A stretch of DNA of 64,000 nucleotides from Gnetum montanum (GCA_015680685.1 MNCI01003473.1:820065-884064), one strand, 5' to 3'. Shown: positions 36,872 to 50,780, counted from the stretch's first letter. Translations and numbers: made by a program. The notes: generated by a model from the sequence alone, not told the origin.

Positions 36872-36875
<4 letters not shown>

Positions 36876-38189
36876 AAAAAAAAGAGAAAAGGGGTGTGCC
36901 ATAAATAAGCTCCTTCCTTGGACAAAATGCCAAGTGATGTTACTCCTTACAACTATGATAGTATTATGGTTGTCTATTGACGTGATGAAATGATGCGATG
37001 TCACTGAAATGTGGTTTGGACTTGGTTTGAATCTTAAAAAGAAGAACTCATTATTAATTAATCATTAATAACACACAAGGATTCATTGTGCCCATGGTAA
37101 GGCACAACATGTCCTAATTTTTGCAATACTTTCTACAATCCATCTCATCTTGCTGTTTGTTTGATCCTAACTTGTGATTTTCTGTAACATAGAGTTATTA
37201 TCTCAAATTGGTGGTTTTAACATGTGTGTTTTGTTGCACACGTATGTGTTGCATTCAACCCCTTTAGTGCCTATAGACATTTTTAGGTATGGTTACACAA
37301 GGACATCATAGGCTAAATCTTGCTTTGGGGAGGACCCACTTGTGTAACTTTTGTAACTTATACTTGTTTGACACAACCACATCATTCTTATCATTCCAAG
37401 TGCTTAATTGTTACATTTTATTGTTTCCCTTCTCATGTAACTTGATCTGTCCACAACCTTGACTTCAATGCCTTTTTTCTTACTTCTTCTAAAGCTTTTC
37501 ACATTGATGAATCCACCTTCTCACACTTTTGGTGCCTCAAACTAATTTTCCACTTACCCCAGAACTATGGACCTAACCTCAAACCTTCCAACCAATCACA
37601 AAGCTTCATTTTCCATGCTTAGTTGCCTTGGACCCTAATATTGAGTACCTGATATCGGGTGGGATGCGATGTCCAATACTCGATATTAGGTCACACAAAA
37701 CCTATATATATGATCCATGTGGTGTCCAAACTTCATTCTTATCATTTGTAGCTAAGGGAGTTGTTCAAATTTTCTCTCACAGCTTAGAGCTCTATACACC
37801 CACTTTCCACTTACAATATTTGGCTTTCACAGGAAACTTGTTCCAATTTTGGATAATTTGCTATCACCTAGAGGGTATTATAAGGGTAAGAACATTAAAA
37901 ACCATAAGTTTTATACTAAAAAATTAATCATGGTAATACCAGAAACCTTAATTTTTTCACCCAAGTGATCATAACCGTTATAATAAGTCACACATAAGGA
38001 AAAAGAAACCAATTGTGAAGGGTTGTAAAGGATGATAAACACCTTTTGGGGATTTTTCTTGAAAATTTTTTTCTAACTTTGCAATCATATGAACTAAGAA
38101 CTTAATGAACTAAGGTAACGAGTAAGGTACAAACTACTTACTGATAAAGAACACAACCTTAGTAACACCTAATATTTGCTTGATTGTAG

Positions 38190-40010
38190 ATGGCCCCAAA
38201 AAGAAAAGCACAAGGAGAACCTTCACAGAGAGTAGCCAAATGCCCACGAGGTGGTTGAGGCCAACATGGAGAACATGCGAAGCACAAGAAGTAAGAAGCC
38301 CAATTTTTTAACACCGATCAAGAGGCTCCTATTACTAGACAATCGATCTAGGGAGAGGCCATAGAACCACTAGCTCCCATGCATGGACAACATTTCATGT
38401 TTCCCTTTGATTACCTTGTAGCAATCTAGGAAAAGTCCACGTTGACCATGGTCATTGTGGAAATGAACTTCGGGTTGTTTATGTAGTTTGCTCCAGAAGA
38501 AATTCATATGCAACTTCAAGCATCACCTCTATGGCCCATTCTTTTAGAAAATGGCGAATGGTACCTTGGCGAGACTCACCAATTCTAGCATAACAAATAA
38601 GAAGGCACCACTATTAACATTTGTGAAGTCAATGTCTCATTCTCAGTCAAGGAAATTACAACAGCCCTTAATTTGCCAAACAAAGGGGCTAAGGTATCCC
38701 ATCTATCCACCAGATCTAACCCTGACACCAGAAAGCTATGGCTAAAATGAGCATATGACAAGGAAGAAAAAACATATAATGAACTAACTCTGGAGGAAAG
38801 GACATACTTCAAGATCAGTACATGCCATCTCTTATGAACCAAGGAGCTTAACATGATTTTAACATATGTGGCCAAGGGAAGTGTTAATGGGCAAATATAT
38901 GGCCAATCTTCCCTAATTCTACTTCACCAAAATTTAGAGGTGGTTCAAAAAAAAAAGTTAGGGAAGCTAACACTCCAATTCCATTACCTAATCAAAAGAT
39001 TATGCAAGCATGCTAGAATCACAGGGTACATAAATGATGTCTCCGGGAAGGCTCAAAATGCTTCCTTCATAGAGTTTGTCAAACCTGCAGCACCAAGAAA
39101 AGACCTTAATGAAGAACAAGAACTACAGAAGGAAGTAGAAATAGAAATAGAAGTACAACATGAGACCACACATTGCCCTCAAACACAAGCTATACCACCA
39201 CCATTGCCATAAGATTACAGGCCCTCAATGAGCCATCTATAGAAAATTGTTGAAGTTGTTAGTTGGGGAAGCAGAGATGAGTCTAATATATTTAGATTAA
39301 TCAATGATGCCATACAACCCATCATTTCAACTAATCCAACAAGGGGAGAGATCTTATTACAATTAGGAGAAGGAGCCCAGTTGTCCATGTAAATCTCTAG
39401 AAATGTTGCATTCTTCCAAGTGATGCTTGAAACTAGAGAAGGTGCCATAGTTGTAGTAATGCAGCATCAAGATGCAATAGGCATAGCAAAAGTGATTATG
39501 GATCACATCAAGGAATCATTTAATGTATCTGTTGTTCCCCCAGTAGATCTTTCTGGGACCAGAGATGCATAGATGCTGGTCAAGACTTTGATGACTCCTA
39601 CAATGCATGAGGATGTACTAGATCGTTTGCTTCAAATAGGGCAAGTGATGACCACCCTCTTTGAAATTCCTAGTGATGTCACTATAGCATAATTAGACCT
39701 CATAGCCACCAAAGGGAAGCTAGTCATGGCTAAAGTTAGGGTAGAGCATGCAGAACTAGAAGTGAAAAAGTTATAATAAGAGATGGCTACCTTGAGAGCT
39801 AAACGATAGGATCTTGCTCGAATTGTTATGCCTGACTAGTTGGAACAATTCAGGATAGAGCAGTTGGTCAAGCTAACTGAGGAGAAGAAAGCTATAGAGC
39901 AAGAGAAGAAAAAGGCATTCTGGAATGCCTCAGCTACTGATGCATAATCCTATGCATACAAAAAGGCATTGACCATAGTGCAAGAAGAAAACAAGTAGCT
40001 CACCGTCAAC
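38190..40010 (+). pseudogene. Athila 'env-like'/additional ORF (plant transposon protein-like N half, coiled-coil C half), decayed
   Basis: Starts ATG GCC CCA AAA AGA AAA (MAPKRK) immediately after TTGATTGTAG. The same frame continues through isolated stops to GTTINICEVNVSFSVKEITTALNLPNKG and LQFHYLIKRLCKHARI (ORF 38853-39212). An E/K/A-rich helical tail follows at ~39700-40010. Confidence 0.7.
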
Positions 40011-40029
40011 AATTCAAGGTTTTTTCTGT

Positions 40030-40997
40030 CTCTACACTTTTCATCCTTAAGCCTCCAAAACAAAAACAAATTAATATTGTAAAGAAATCTAATTCTTCAG
40101 CTTCTACTATGAGCTTTTTCACTTGAATTTGTAGCTAAAAAGTCACATCTTTAAGAATATGGGATTTGACACCTGAATAGAGGTCATACTTATGCTCTTG
40201 TAAGTAGAAAAGAACTACATAGCAAAGCCTTAAAATAGAGTAGAAAATAAGTGATCGAAGATAATTCCAAATGCAATGAAATAAAGTAGACAAAGTAGGC
40301 TAATCACCAATCATGGCTTCATTAATGCTTGGTTGAAAGTTGTTACAAATTCTAGATGTTTATTTTGAAGCATGCTAAGAAATAGAATTCTTTAAGAAAT
40401 AAGAAAATGAGTCTTCATTTTTATAAAAAGGACATTGAGGAGAAACATTTTCTATATGATTAGGATAAGTGTAGATAAGAAGACCTTGATGAATAAGACA
40501 CCATAAAAAATACAAATTTTAGAACACGTAAGAGCTTTCCAAATATGTTTTATTTTCCTTGTTCACAAGTGCAATAATAATTTCATTTTCCAGGTCTTAT
40601 TAAATTTCTTATAAATAAAATAATTCTTTGTAATGATCTCATAGGCAACCTTTGAATTAAAAAGAAAAACATGTCTGCCATGCTTCCAAAAATATTTAGA
40701 AAAGCTTGATACAAATTATTATTAACCTTAAATAAAATCTTGAAATTAGAAATTAACTTTTCAAAATTCTTTTTTCTCTTTCTATCTAAATCATAGAGGC
40801 TAGAAGCTTCATTCCAAGTAATCCATCTATCATGCATATGCAGATAGGAAACTATAATGATACCAAATCTACTTCAAGTGATACATAATCTAGATGCATT
40901 AGTAACCCAAGCTCCTTCATTTAAAGGAAGCCACCATGGGCTAATTTTCTTAAACATATCTTATGAAACTGTAATATGATTATAAGTCTAATATTTA
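40030..40997 (-). mobile_element. Older L1-type LINE, 3' piece (zf-RVT region and tail)
   Basis: Reads through the Athila TSD (IWKKWCKLSKY). PWWLPL and FLWCLIHQGL match the young LINE's P*WLPL and FLWCLLHHGL. 3' boundary approximate. Confidence 0.75.
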
Positions 40998-41002
40998 CTA
41001 AG

Positions 41003-44000
41003 TGATAAATCATGTTTTTCATATGCTCTGATATCGGAGTGACCGCAATATCGGGTACATGATATCGGGTATGCAACATCATGGCCCAAGATGCGATATC
41101 GTGCATTCAATATTGCAAGGTTATTCCCAAGTCTATAAATACAGTCCCTGGGCACACAATTGAGGGTAGTTTTTGGAGTCAAGTAGCAAAACTCTTACAG
41201 TTTGTTCATTTGAGAGTTAGAATATTTTCCAAGTGCCTACAGTAGGAGGTCTAAGTGTGATTGGATCTTTATTCAAGTATTGATATACCTAAACACACCA
41301 TTGTGTTGGCAATAAAGATGAGCTCTTTGATTCATCCTTGTAGCATTTGAGACTTTCTTTCTTATGCATTTATATATTGTGATTTCATGTAGTTTACATT
41401 AATGTTCTTCATGTAGCAATTAATTTTTATTAATTAAGCAACACATTTAAGTACACAAGCACGACCCCTTTTAACATACATGTGACACTTTGTATCTTAG
41501 AAATGGTTAGTGTTTGACAACCCAACAGTGTTTACATAGCGTTCAAGATGTGTTTGAAAAGTGGGAATGGTTACTTGTGTTAGGCTCGATTAGACCATAG
41601 TTTACTTAACACTTAATTACTCTTACTTTTATTCTTTTTCTAGGTAAGAAAATTGATAAAACACAAAATAATAAAAATCTTACGCCTCAATTACACTTAA
41701 CCATATAATTACACTTCACAAGTGGGATCGGGGAGACAACGAATGAACAACACACACCCTCTGTTTAGCTCTAGTGTACTTGGTAATTAAAGTCTCCAAA
41801 ATTTGACTAGATTGCACATGAATGTCTATGATTCATGGTTGGGTGTAGGGGTACCTCACCGCTCATCATTGGCGCTATTGTCGGGGACTTTAGTTCTGCA
41901 TGTGCTATCTAAACTAAGTGAAACTTAGTAACCTCATTTTTTGAACTCTAAGAGTCAAATCTAACAAAAAATTAGAATTATAATTAAATTAAACCTTAAC
42001 TACACACTGCTTATAAGTTTATTAACATAAAATGTATTCTTCTCACAGGAGCCTATCTCTTCCCAGGGCAAACCAAGTGCCTCAATAATACCAGGTGGTA
42101 TATGCTCATCCGATGAGTATGTACCAAACTTCACCTTCATCTTACATCAAGATGAAATGCTGTGGTGGTACGACATGAAAGGCAACATTCTGTTGCCACC
42201 TAATCGATCTATTCCAGTGATGCTCTAGTTAATGCTTGTATGACATGGGCTTCAACACCTTCACGAAGAGTACAAGATGTGAGATCCCAATTCAAGGGAT
42301 TATCATCCCACTGAAGCACAAAGGTTAAGGGATCATCAACTAGAGCACCGACACAAGTTCACCTTCACTTGGCCCATTAGATGGAGGTGACCAATTCTTT
42401 GGTGATTCTCCTCTCTTTGACTTTGTTCAAGGGGCCCTCAACCAAAATGTATAATCCACAATTCATAATCTAGATTCTAGTTAGAATGGATCCAATGACA
42501 AAAATGGATTTGGAGGGGTAAGTCATGATAAGGGGAAAAAAGAACGTCACGATCGCGATCATGGTCACGATCATCGAAGGAAGGGTGATAGGCATCAGCA
42601 TGAAGAAAGTTTTCCTTCCTCTTCCCCTTCATAATTTTCTTCTTCTTCTTCTTCATCTGGCTTAGATTGTAGCCACAGAGGGCATAACTATGATGAAGGT
42701 GACCGATGAGACCAAAAAAATAGAAGGGATTGTCAGGATAGTCGTGATCGAAGGCATGGGTAATCTAGAGAGACCCACCACCATGAAAGAAGGGTTAGTA
42801 GAGAATATCGTAGGTACCATCACCATGGCTTTGATGAATCTCTACTTGCCACTTGGAGCATGTTAAACATTGTAGAGGTCGTGAGGATTCCAACAAGGCA
42901 TGTAAAGGATAGCATAATAAAGAGGCTGTACATGAACAACATCCCTCTATTTGAGGGAGGCTATGATGTTGATTTGCAAAATCATCTCCAAGCGTTCCAA
43001 GATGCATGTGCCTTGCAAAATATTGAGAACAACTAGTAGAAGTTGAAACTATTTCCAAGAACACTTATTAAGGAAGCAGAAAATTGGTACCAGTCCTTAG
43101 ATCTAAAATCAATCAGGCAGTGAAGTACAATGTTGGAATTGTTTAATGACAAATATCAAACATACTCCCAAGTGTCCAATCTAAGGAAATAGATTCAAGG
43201 GTGGAAACAAGGAAACCATGAGCCCTTGGATGCTTCTATTGGCTGATACTGCTCTCTGTTGCATAGGTGTCCCAGCCATGGATACTCTTAGCTTGATCAA
43301 CTTCACCATATCATAGACGGGTTGCGGTTTGAAATAAGGAAAACCCTTGGCATCTATGCTCAAGGAATATTTACAGAGTTAAGCGCTCATTGGATACAAA
43401 AGTTAATTAAGTAGGTAGCCAAGGAGGAGGGGGAATTGAGAAAGTGAGAAAGTGCGGAGGAATACAATAGGGACCCTTCTAGCCATAAAAGGGAGGTTGG
43501 ACAAAAGGGATGTTGTCCAATTGTGTCATACTTGCAAGAATCTGGGGTGTATGCCTTACATCCATGACTTGCACAATGGCAAACACCCAAAATATTTCCT
43601 TATCCACAAGGTAATTTTCGATAGTTCCACCAACCATAGTAGTACTATCCAAGTGGAACTCCACTGCAACCTTACAAATTGTACCAGAAGTGGCAGCAAC
43701 CACAATCATGGGTGTTGGCACATCCAAAATAGCAGTACTCTACCAGCAACTAGATCCCTATGGTTACTATGTTCAAAAACCTTCATCTCCATGGGACTCC
43801 TCTAGTCATGTTGCTACCTACCAACCTCACCACTACCCTCCTAATGCGTACCAATCATCCTATCCAAGAAGGGATGCCACCTACTATCCTCATGCTCCTC
43901 CTATTCCTGCATTGAATCCTCCATCTCCTACATAGCTACCACATGCTCCATCCATGTAGGATGAATTATCTACCCAACCACAGCAAAGAAACACTATGAG

Positions 44001-47000
44001 GGTAGTTAATCTACAACTGGTTAACCCACCAAGTGGATCAAAATAATGAACAAAGAGAAGATTCTTCTTTTGACCTTGCAATCTACCAAAGCTCTCAGAC
44101 ACATTAATGGTTGGCAACCTTTCTTCTCCACCTTTCTTTGTCTCACCTTTGTTCAAGTCTCCTTCAACCTGAAATCCCTCTTGAATCCATACTATAATGT
44201 TAACTCATGCTGTATTTGATTGGATTCGAGCTAGTAACCTACCTAGGAAGTTAGTTGATCTTCGAAGTCCCCTAGTATACTTGCAAATTGCTAGGAATGA
44301 GCCTTGTAAATATCTTCTTGATTCTAGTTCCAGTGTTAATCTAATCTCACATGAGATGTACACAATGTGGAACCTTCCTCCTTTGAAGAAGAGCAACATC
44401 CAGCTAGAACTGGCAAACTAGTCCATCACTATTCCATTGTGACTAGTAGAGGACATCATAACCACTGTTTGTGAGTGGTCATATCCTACTAACTTCCTAG
44501 TAATCAAGGTGGAGAACTATAAGGGGAACTTCCCAATTATTATGGGAAGGGAATGGTTAAGCATTGTTGATGTCAAAATGGGCATTAGAGATCTTTTCTT
44601 GGAGATATCTAAAGAAAATGAATTTGGTAAGATTGAGAAAAAGAGGGTTTCATGTATCATGTACAATGATTCAGGGTGCCATTGTGTGCAAAAGTTATGG
44701 TCAATGAAGTGAACATCTATCTCTACATGCAAGTAGTATGCACTAGAAGTTGAAATCCAAAGATGTTTATACGAAATAGCCACAAAACAAGAAGGCACCT
44801 AGTGGCTGATAGTAGATTTTAGCAACAGTACATTGTGCATGGAACCTACTAAGGGCCTAATGTATGAATATGTTGCAAGTATGGATGAACTCAAGCAAGT
44901 TCATCATCAGCTCTCTGAAGGAGTAAATGATGATGTTAACTGGGGAGAGTTGGAGATTCTTGACAATTTTAAACAATAACCCCTTGAATTGAAGACACTA
45001 TTGGCTAGAATGGAGTATGTGTTCTTGAAAAATGGAAGGCCGATAATTATTAATGGCAAGGTTACTATAGAACAAAAGAAAATGTTGATGAAAGTTGTGG
45101 AAAAATGGTCAACAACCTTTGCCTAATCATATTCCAAGCTCACTAGTATAGATCCAAGAATATGTTAGCACCAAATATATACTGACCCCACCATTAAGCT
45201 AAAACAATAGCCGTAATGATGTTTGAATTCCAAATTAAAGAAAATTATCAAAGAGGAGATTGAACAACTCCTCAAGGTGAGATTCATCTACCCTGTCACA
45301 GATAATGAGTGGGTTGGTCCACTCATGATCATGCCTAAGAAAGAAGGCAAATGGCAGGTGTGCATTGACTTTTGGCTACTTAATATGGAAACCTTCGAAG
45401 ATCATTTTTCATTGCCTTTTGTCAACCAAGTGCTGGACACCATTTCTAGGCACAGCTATTATAGCTTTCTAGATAATTATAGTGGCTATAACCAAATCTA
45501 GATTACACTAGAGGACTAGGCGAAGATAACATTCACAAGTCCTTGGAGGAATTTTGCTTACCGTCAGATGCCATTCAATCTATGTAATTCCCCAGCCACA
45601 TTTCAATGATTAGTCCTTAGCATTTTTCAACAACAAATTGATAGTGGGGTAGACGTCTTCATGGATGACTTTTCTACCTATGAAGCTATGTTTGAGCAAG
45701 ACCTAGACCATCTTAAGCAAGTGTTGAGGAGATGTGTCGAAACAAACCTCTAGCTCAATTGGCAAAAGAGCCATCTTATGGTTCAAGAAGGCACAGTCCT
45801 GGGGCACCGTATCTCAAAAGTAGAAATCGGGGTGGACCCTAAAAAATAAGGATCATCTAAGGAATAACTTGTCAACCCAAAATAGTTAAAGACGTGCGGT
45901 CATTCCTTGGTCATACTGGCTACTACTGACGCTTCATCGAGAATTTTTACAAAATTGCCAAGCTGTTGTTTGAATTAACAAAGAAAGATGCATCATTTGT
46001 TTAGACCCCTACATGTGAAACAACATTTCAACAACTAAAGTAAAAGCTTGTTGAAACCCTAATTCTAAAAGCACCTGATTGGTCCAGATTGTTTCATGTG
46101 ATGACTGATGCAATAAATTATGCTTTGGGGGCAGTGCTTGTGTAGTTGGATGATCAAAAACATTCATATTACATTCACTATGCAAGCCAAAGTATTATAG
46201 GTGTACAACTGAACTACATCACCATGGAAAAGGAATTGATGGTAGTGGTGTTTGCATTAGAGAAGTTCAGGCACTATGTGCTTGGCTATGAAGTGTTCAT
46301 GCACACAAATCATAGCACCATTCAGTTTCTAATGAATAAACTAACGGTAAGCCCCCATGTCATATGGTGGCTTGTGATTTTGCAAGAGTTCAATCTTACG
46401 ATGGTAGATCGAAAAGGTGTAAAGAATGTGGTTGCTAACCACTTATCACAACTAAGATGGGATGACAAGAAGAAAGAGAGCCCCTTATCTGATCAATTCC
46501 CTAATGAATCTCTCCTTGTAGGGGCTATTAATTCAAAAATGCCCAATGAATAGAAAGGGTATGACACCATCTTCACTAATCTACTCAAGCAAGAACTCCT
46601 GCAAGGGCTAGACACTAGAAAGAGACAACAGTTTCTTCACCAGGTCAAGCATTTCATGGAGATCAATGGGAACCTTTAGAAAGTCTACCCCAATAGCCTG
46701 GTATGCTGGTGTGTCCTTGACATGGATCAACTACACATTCTTTAGGATGCTCACGAAGGCCCTTGTGGGGGCCATTATGCTAGGAGATGCACAGCTATAA
46801 AAATCCTCATGGTAGGATATTACTAGCCAACAATCTTCAAGGATGCACACCAATTCATTCACGCTTGTGATTGTTGTTAGAGGGATGGTGGAATGATGGC
46901 TTAAATGGAGGGGCCACAACAATGGATTTAGCCTCTTGAGCCATTTGATATTTAGGGCATTGACTTTATGGGTCCCATTGCACCTTTGTTAAATGGAAAA

Positions 47001-50000
47001 GCATATATCATAATCGTAGTTGACTATTGCACTAAGTGGGTAGAAGTAGTAGTCGTCACTGACTGTACATCCACTACTACTACTCAGTTTGTACAACAAA
47101 ATATCATGAACAGGTTTGTCATGCCTCATGCATTAATTTGTGATAATGAAACTCATTTTACAAGTGCCACTTTCCAGAAACTTATGCAATGCTTGGGGGT
47201 TGAGCACAAAATCACAACATCATATCACCCCCAAGCCAATGGTCAAGCTGAGGTTACTAATCGAGAGATTACAAAAATTTTAACGCATACCATTAGCAAA
47301 TATCAAAGGGACTAGAGCACCAAATTAAACAATGCCCTTTGGGCTTATCACTCCACATGGAAGCTTACCATAGGTTATTCCCCCTATGAGCTCATGTACA
47401 AAAAACTACTAACACTGCCCATCGAATCTGAGCTCCGTACACTCTCTATAGCCTGTGACCTTGACTTGAATCTAAGTCTAGCTTAGAAAGAAAGATTAAT
47501 GAACCTTAACTTGCTAGATGAAAATTGGTTAATGGCCATGTCATCCAACGAAATGCATAAGGCATTCAACAAGAATGCCATTACCTCAAAATAAGAAAAG
47601 TCAAGTTTCAACTAAGAGACAAGGTCCTCTATTGGAATCCTACACATGTACTCCAACAAACCAAATTTCAAACGTTGTGGAAAGGACCTTACATCATTGA
47701 TGAGAATTTTCCATCTAGGGCCATGATTATCTATAAACTTGATAGCCTAGATAAGAAATAATTAGTTAACATCCAACAAGTAAAACCTTTCCATGAGCGC
47801 AAGCCAACCAACTCAACAGACACCTTGCTAGATGGACAACCATGCTCAATTTTTCAGATCTCCCCCTTCCAACTTAGTTGTGGGGGAGATGGCCACCCAT
47901 ACTAACACTTTATGCGCCTCCTCAACCTTTTAACTTTTTGTTTACACCTTTTTGGTTTTACAACTTTTTATTTTCATATTCTTTGTTTTACATCTTTTTG
48001 TTTTTTAGGTTATTGATATTTTCTAAGTTTTTGTTTTATGCCATCATTAGTATATGTAATATTTCTTAAATACTCTTTTACTTTCTTTTATATTTTCTTG
48101 TGTTTGGTGTATTTCTCTACTTTTTTTGCTAATAAGGTGTCAAGTACAATGGTAATATGCTACTCGATAGTGGTATGTTTCATTTATAATTTGATTGTTG
48201 ATGTCTAGATTTTAACTTTTAATGTCATTATTGACAATTGGGACATGGTTTCTTTTCATGTAATAGGCAATGAGTCCACACCATTCATCCATCTACACAC
48301 TCTATGGTTTTCCTTGTTTTGGAAATGTGCAGTCCCTTTTTAATTAATGCAACCTTAATAAATTGGTGACTTGTGTAGTTTTCAGAATTGGGAAAGAATC
48401 AAAGGTTTGGATATGGTGTGGCTTCAAAGGGATGTGGTATTCTTCATGTTTTTCGATTTTCTTGTGTGCGGGGGTGTTCTCGTGAGCTTCTCACTATTCT
48501 GTGTCATTCCAAAATAGGAAGTCGAATAAGTCCTTGCATAGTGTGGTCCTCATCAAAAAGAAAGAAATAAAGAAAGATGAGGATTCAAAGCACATCCCTT
48601 GGACAAAATAAATGTGAAAATGCATAAGTATTTACATGGTGTGGTTCCCATTCAAAAAAAATAATATGGGAATTCAAAGCACATCCCTTAGACCAAATAA
48701 AATGGCTACAAGCACTAGTTATGGGACTTGTCTTGTCTTCTCTAAATAAGGCCCTTTCTTGCTTCCTACTTTCTCTTCAATTTGGAATGGTGGCTATTTC
48801 GTGGAAGCATTCTTTTATCTTAGGGGATGGACTAGTCTTAGAATGTCGATGAGAAGTTACTGAAAGTGGTTGGTTTTGGTCTGGACTAAGGATGGATCCT
48901 ACGGAGTCATTTAATCACAAACTCCACAAGGGACTTCATGTGACCATAATTAGGAACTCCATTCCATTCTCTGTCTCATCCATCTATGCTTTTCATGCCT
49001 CACCTCACTACTGGTTTCATGTTTTGATTCAATGTTTTGGTTTGATGCATTGGGTTTCTCGGTCAGTTACTTCTGGGTTTTTGTACTTAACTTTACGTAA
49101 CCATTAATCATCCATGGTGCCCACAGACTCCTTGGTTTGAAGTTATGCAAGGGTATAAAAGTCCTATTCCTACTTTGGGGAGGACCCACTTACATATCTT
49201 TTGGTTTGGTTAAGTTAAGTTCTTTATCCTTAGACATTGTTACAATCAAATTCTTTTTATTTACCCCATCCGTGCCATCCAATTATACGCATCATCACAA
49301 CTATTTTTAGTGAATTCATTCTTTTTATTGTTGTGAATTTCTATACCCTCTTTCCAATATTTCTTGTGTTAAGCTTTTTCTGAATTTTATGAACCACTTC
49401 TCTTACTTAACCCATTCATCAGTCTTCCCACTAACATTATCAAATAACCAATCTATTACAATCACAAATTGGCTGGATAAAATCACTAATGAAATAAGGT
49501 ATTCAGTTGCTATATGTTACACTTTCTATACTAATCCTTGATTTTGTTGTGATTGCAGTGGGGAGCATGGACTGGAGGTGGGACTGTCTTCACCAAGGAG
49601 GATACAATAATATCACTCATGGGAGATTGTTCATGACCACTAGATCTTTTCTGCCTCTCCCTCATTCTTTTGTTTCTAAGAGGGGTTGGATGTCCATTGG
49701 ATCTGAGGGTGTTCTTTCCTGTTGTCATGAACACCCAATTTTATACATAATTTTAATGTTGTATGCTCAGGAACTTCTATATTTGTCTATTTTCTCTGTG
49801 TCACTCTGCATATTAGTTGAATATTCCACACCTCCTAATATATTTTGTAAGGGACTTGTTCCTCTTCTTCTGTACTCAAGGACGAGTTTTCATTTAGTCG
49901 TGGGGGTATGATAAATCATGTTTTTCATATGATTTGATATCAGAGCAGCTGCGATATTGGGTACATGATATTGGGTATGTGATATCCTAGCCCAAGATGC

Positions 50001-50775
50001 GATATCGTGCATTTGATATCACAAGGTTATTCTTGGGTCTATAAATACAACTCCCGGGTGCACGATTGAGGGTAGTTTTTGGAGTCAAGTAGCGAAACTC
50101 TTGTAGTTTGTTCATTTGAGAGTTAGAATATTTTCCAAGTGCCTGTAGTAGGAGGTCTAAGTGTGATTAGATCTTTATTCAAGCATTGATGTACCTCAAC
50201 ACATCATTGTGTTGGCAATAAAGATGAGGTCTTTGATTCATCCTTGCAGCACTTGAGACTTTCTTTCTTATGCATTTATATATTGTGATTTCATGTGGTT
50301 TACATTAATGTTATTCATGCAACAATTAATTTTGATTAATTAAGAAATGCATTTAAGTACGCAAGCATGACCCCTTCAAACATACATGTGATACTTGGTA
50401 GCTCAGAAACGGTTAGCGTTTCATAACCCAGCAGTGTTTACATAACGTTCAGGATGTGTCTAGAAAGTGGAAACGGTTAATTGTGTTAGGCTAGATTAGA
50501 CCACAATTTACTTAGCACTTAATTACTCTCACTTTTATTCTTGTTCTAGGAAAGCAAATTGATAAAACACAAAATAATAAAAATCTTACACCTTAGCCAC
50601 ACTTAACCGTACAATTGCACTTCACAAGTGGGATTGGGAAGACAATGAATGAACAACATGCACCCTCTATTTAGCTCTAGCGTACTTGGTAATTAAAGTC
50701 TATGAAATTCGACCGGATCGCATGTGAATGCTTGTGATTCGTATGGTTGGGCGTAGGGAGCCTCACCGCTCATCA
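41003..50775 (+). mobile_element. Full-length Athila-like Ty3/Gypsy LTR retrotransposon, 9773 bp, TSD CTAAG
   Basis: LTRs at 41003-41868 and 49909-50775 (TGATAAATC...GCTCATCA). CTAAG at 40998-41002 and 50776-50780. PBS TGGCGCTATTGTCGGGGA (tRNA-Asp/Athila type). PPT TTTAGTCGTGGGGG just before the 3' LTR. Domain order gag-PR-RT-RH-INT, with no extra RNase H and no chromodomain seen. Confidence 0.96.
42950..47800 (+). pseudogene. Decayed gag-pol of the Athila-like element
   Basis: Gag KLKLFPRTL (~43045); protease LLDSSSSVNLI (~44315); RT WVGPLMIMPKKEGKWQVCIDF, YSFLDNYSGYNQI, VFMDDF (~45655); RNase H NYITMEKELMVVVFALEKFRHY, KNVVANHLS; integrase HEGPCGGHY, IDFMGP, SYHPQANGQAEVTNREI, WKGPY. Multiple stops and frameshifts. 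Confidence 0.93.
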
Positions 50776-50780
50776 CTAAG

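Larger units (their letters stand above)
32757..40010 (+). mobile_element. Athila-like Ty3/Gypsy element lacking pol: 5' LTR 32757-33651, gag remnant, non-coding spacer, extra ORF; 3' LTR not found
   Basis: LTR TGATGAG...GCTCATCA followed by a decayed PBS TTGGTGTTATTCATGGGGA. Gag (34367-) PKFAGGYDSNLQHHLQVFHDSC...KLKLFPRTLIDRAKVWYRSL is homologous to the gag of 41003-50775. Internal PPT-like TTTAGTCATGGGGG at ~36234. Shares CTTTGGGGAGGACCCACT with the neighbouring element. No PR/RT/RH/INT motifs seen. Confidence 0.8.
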
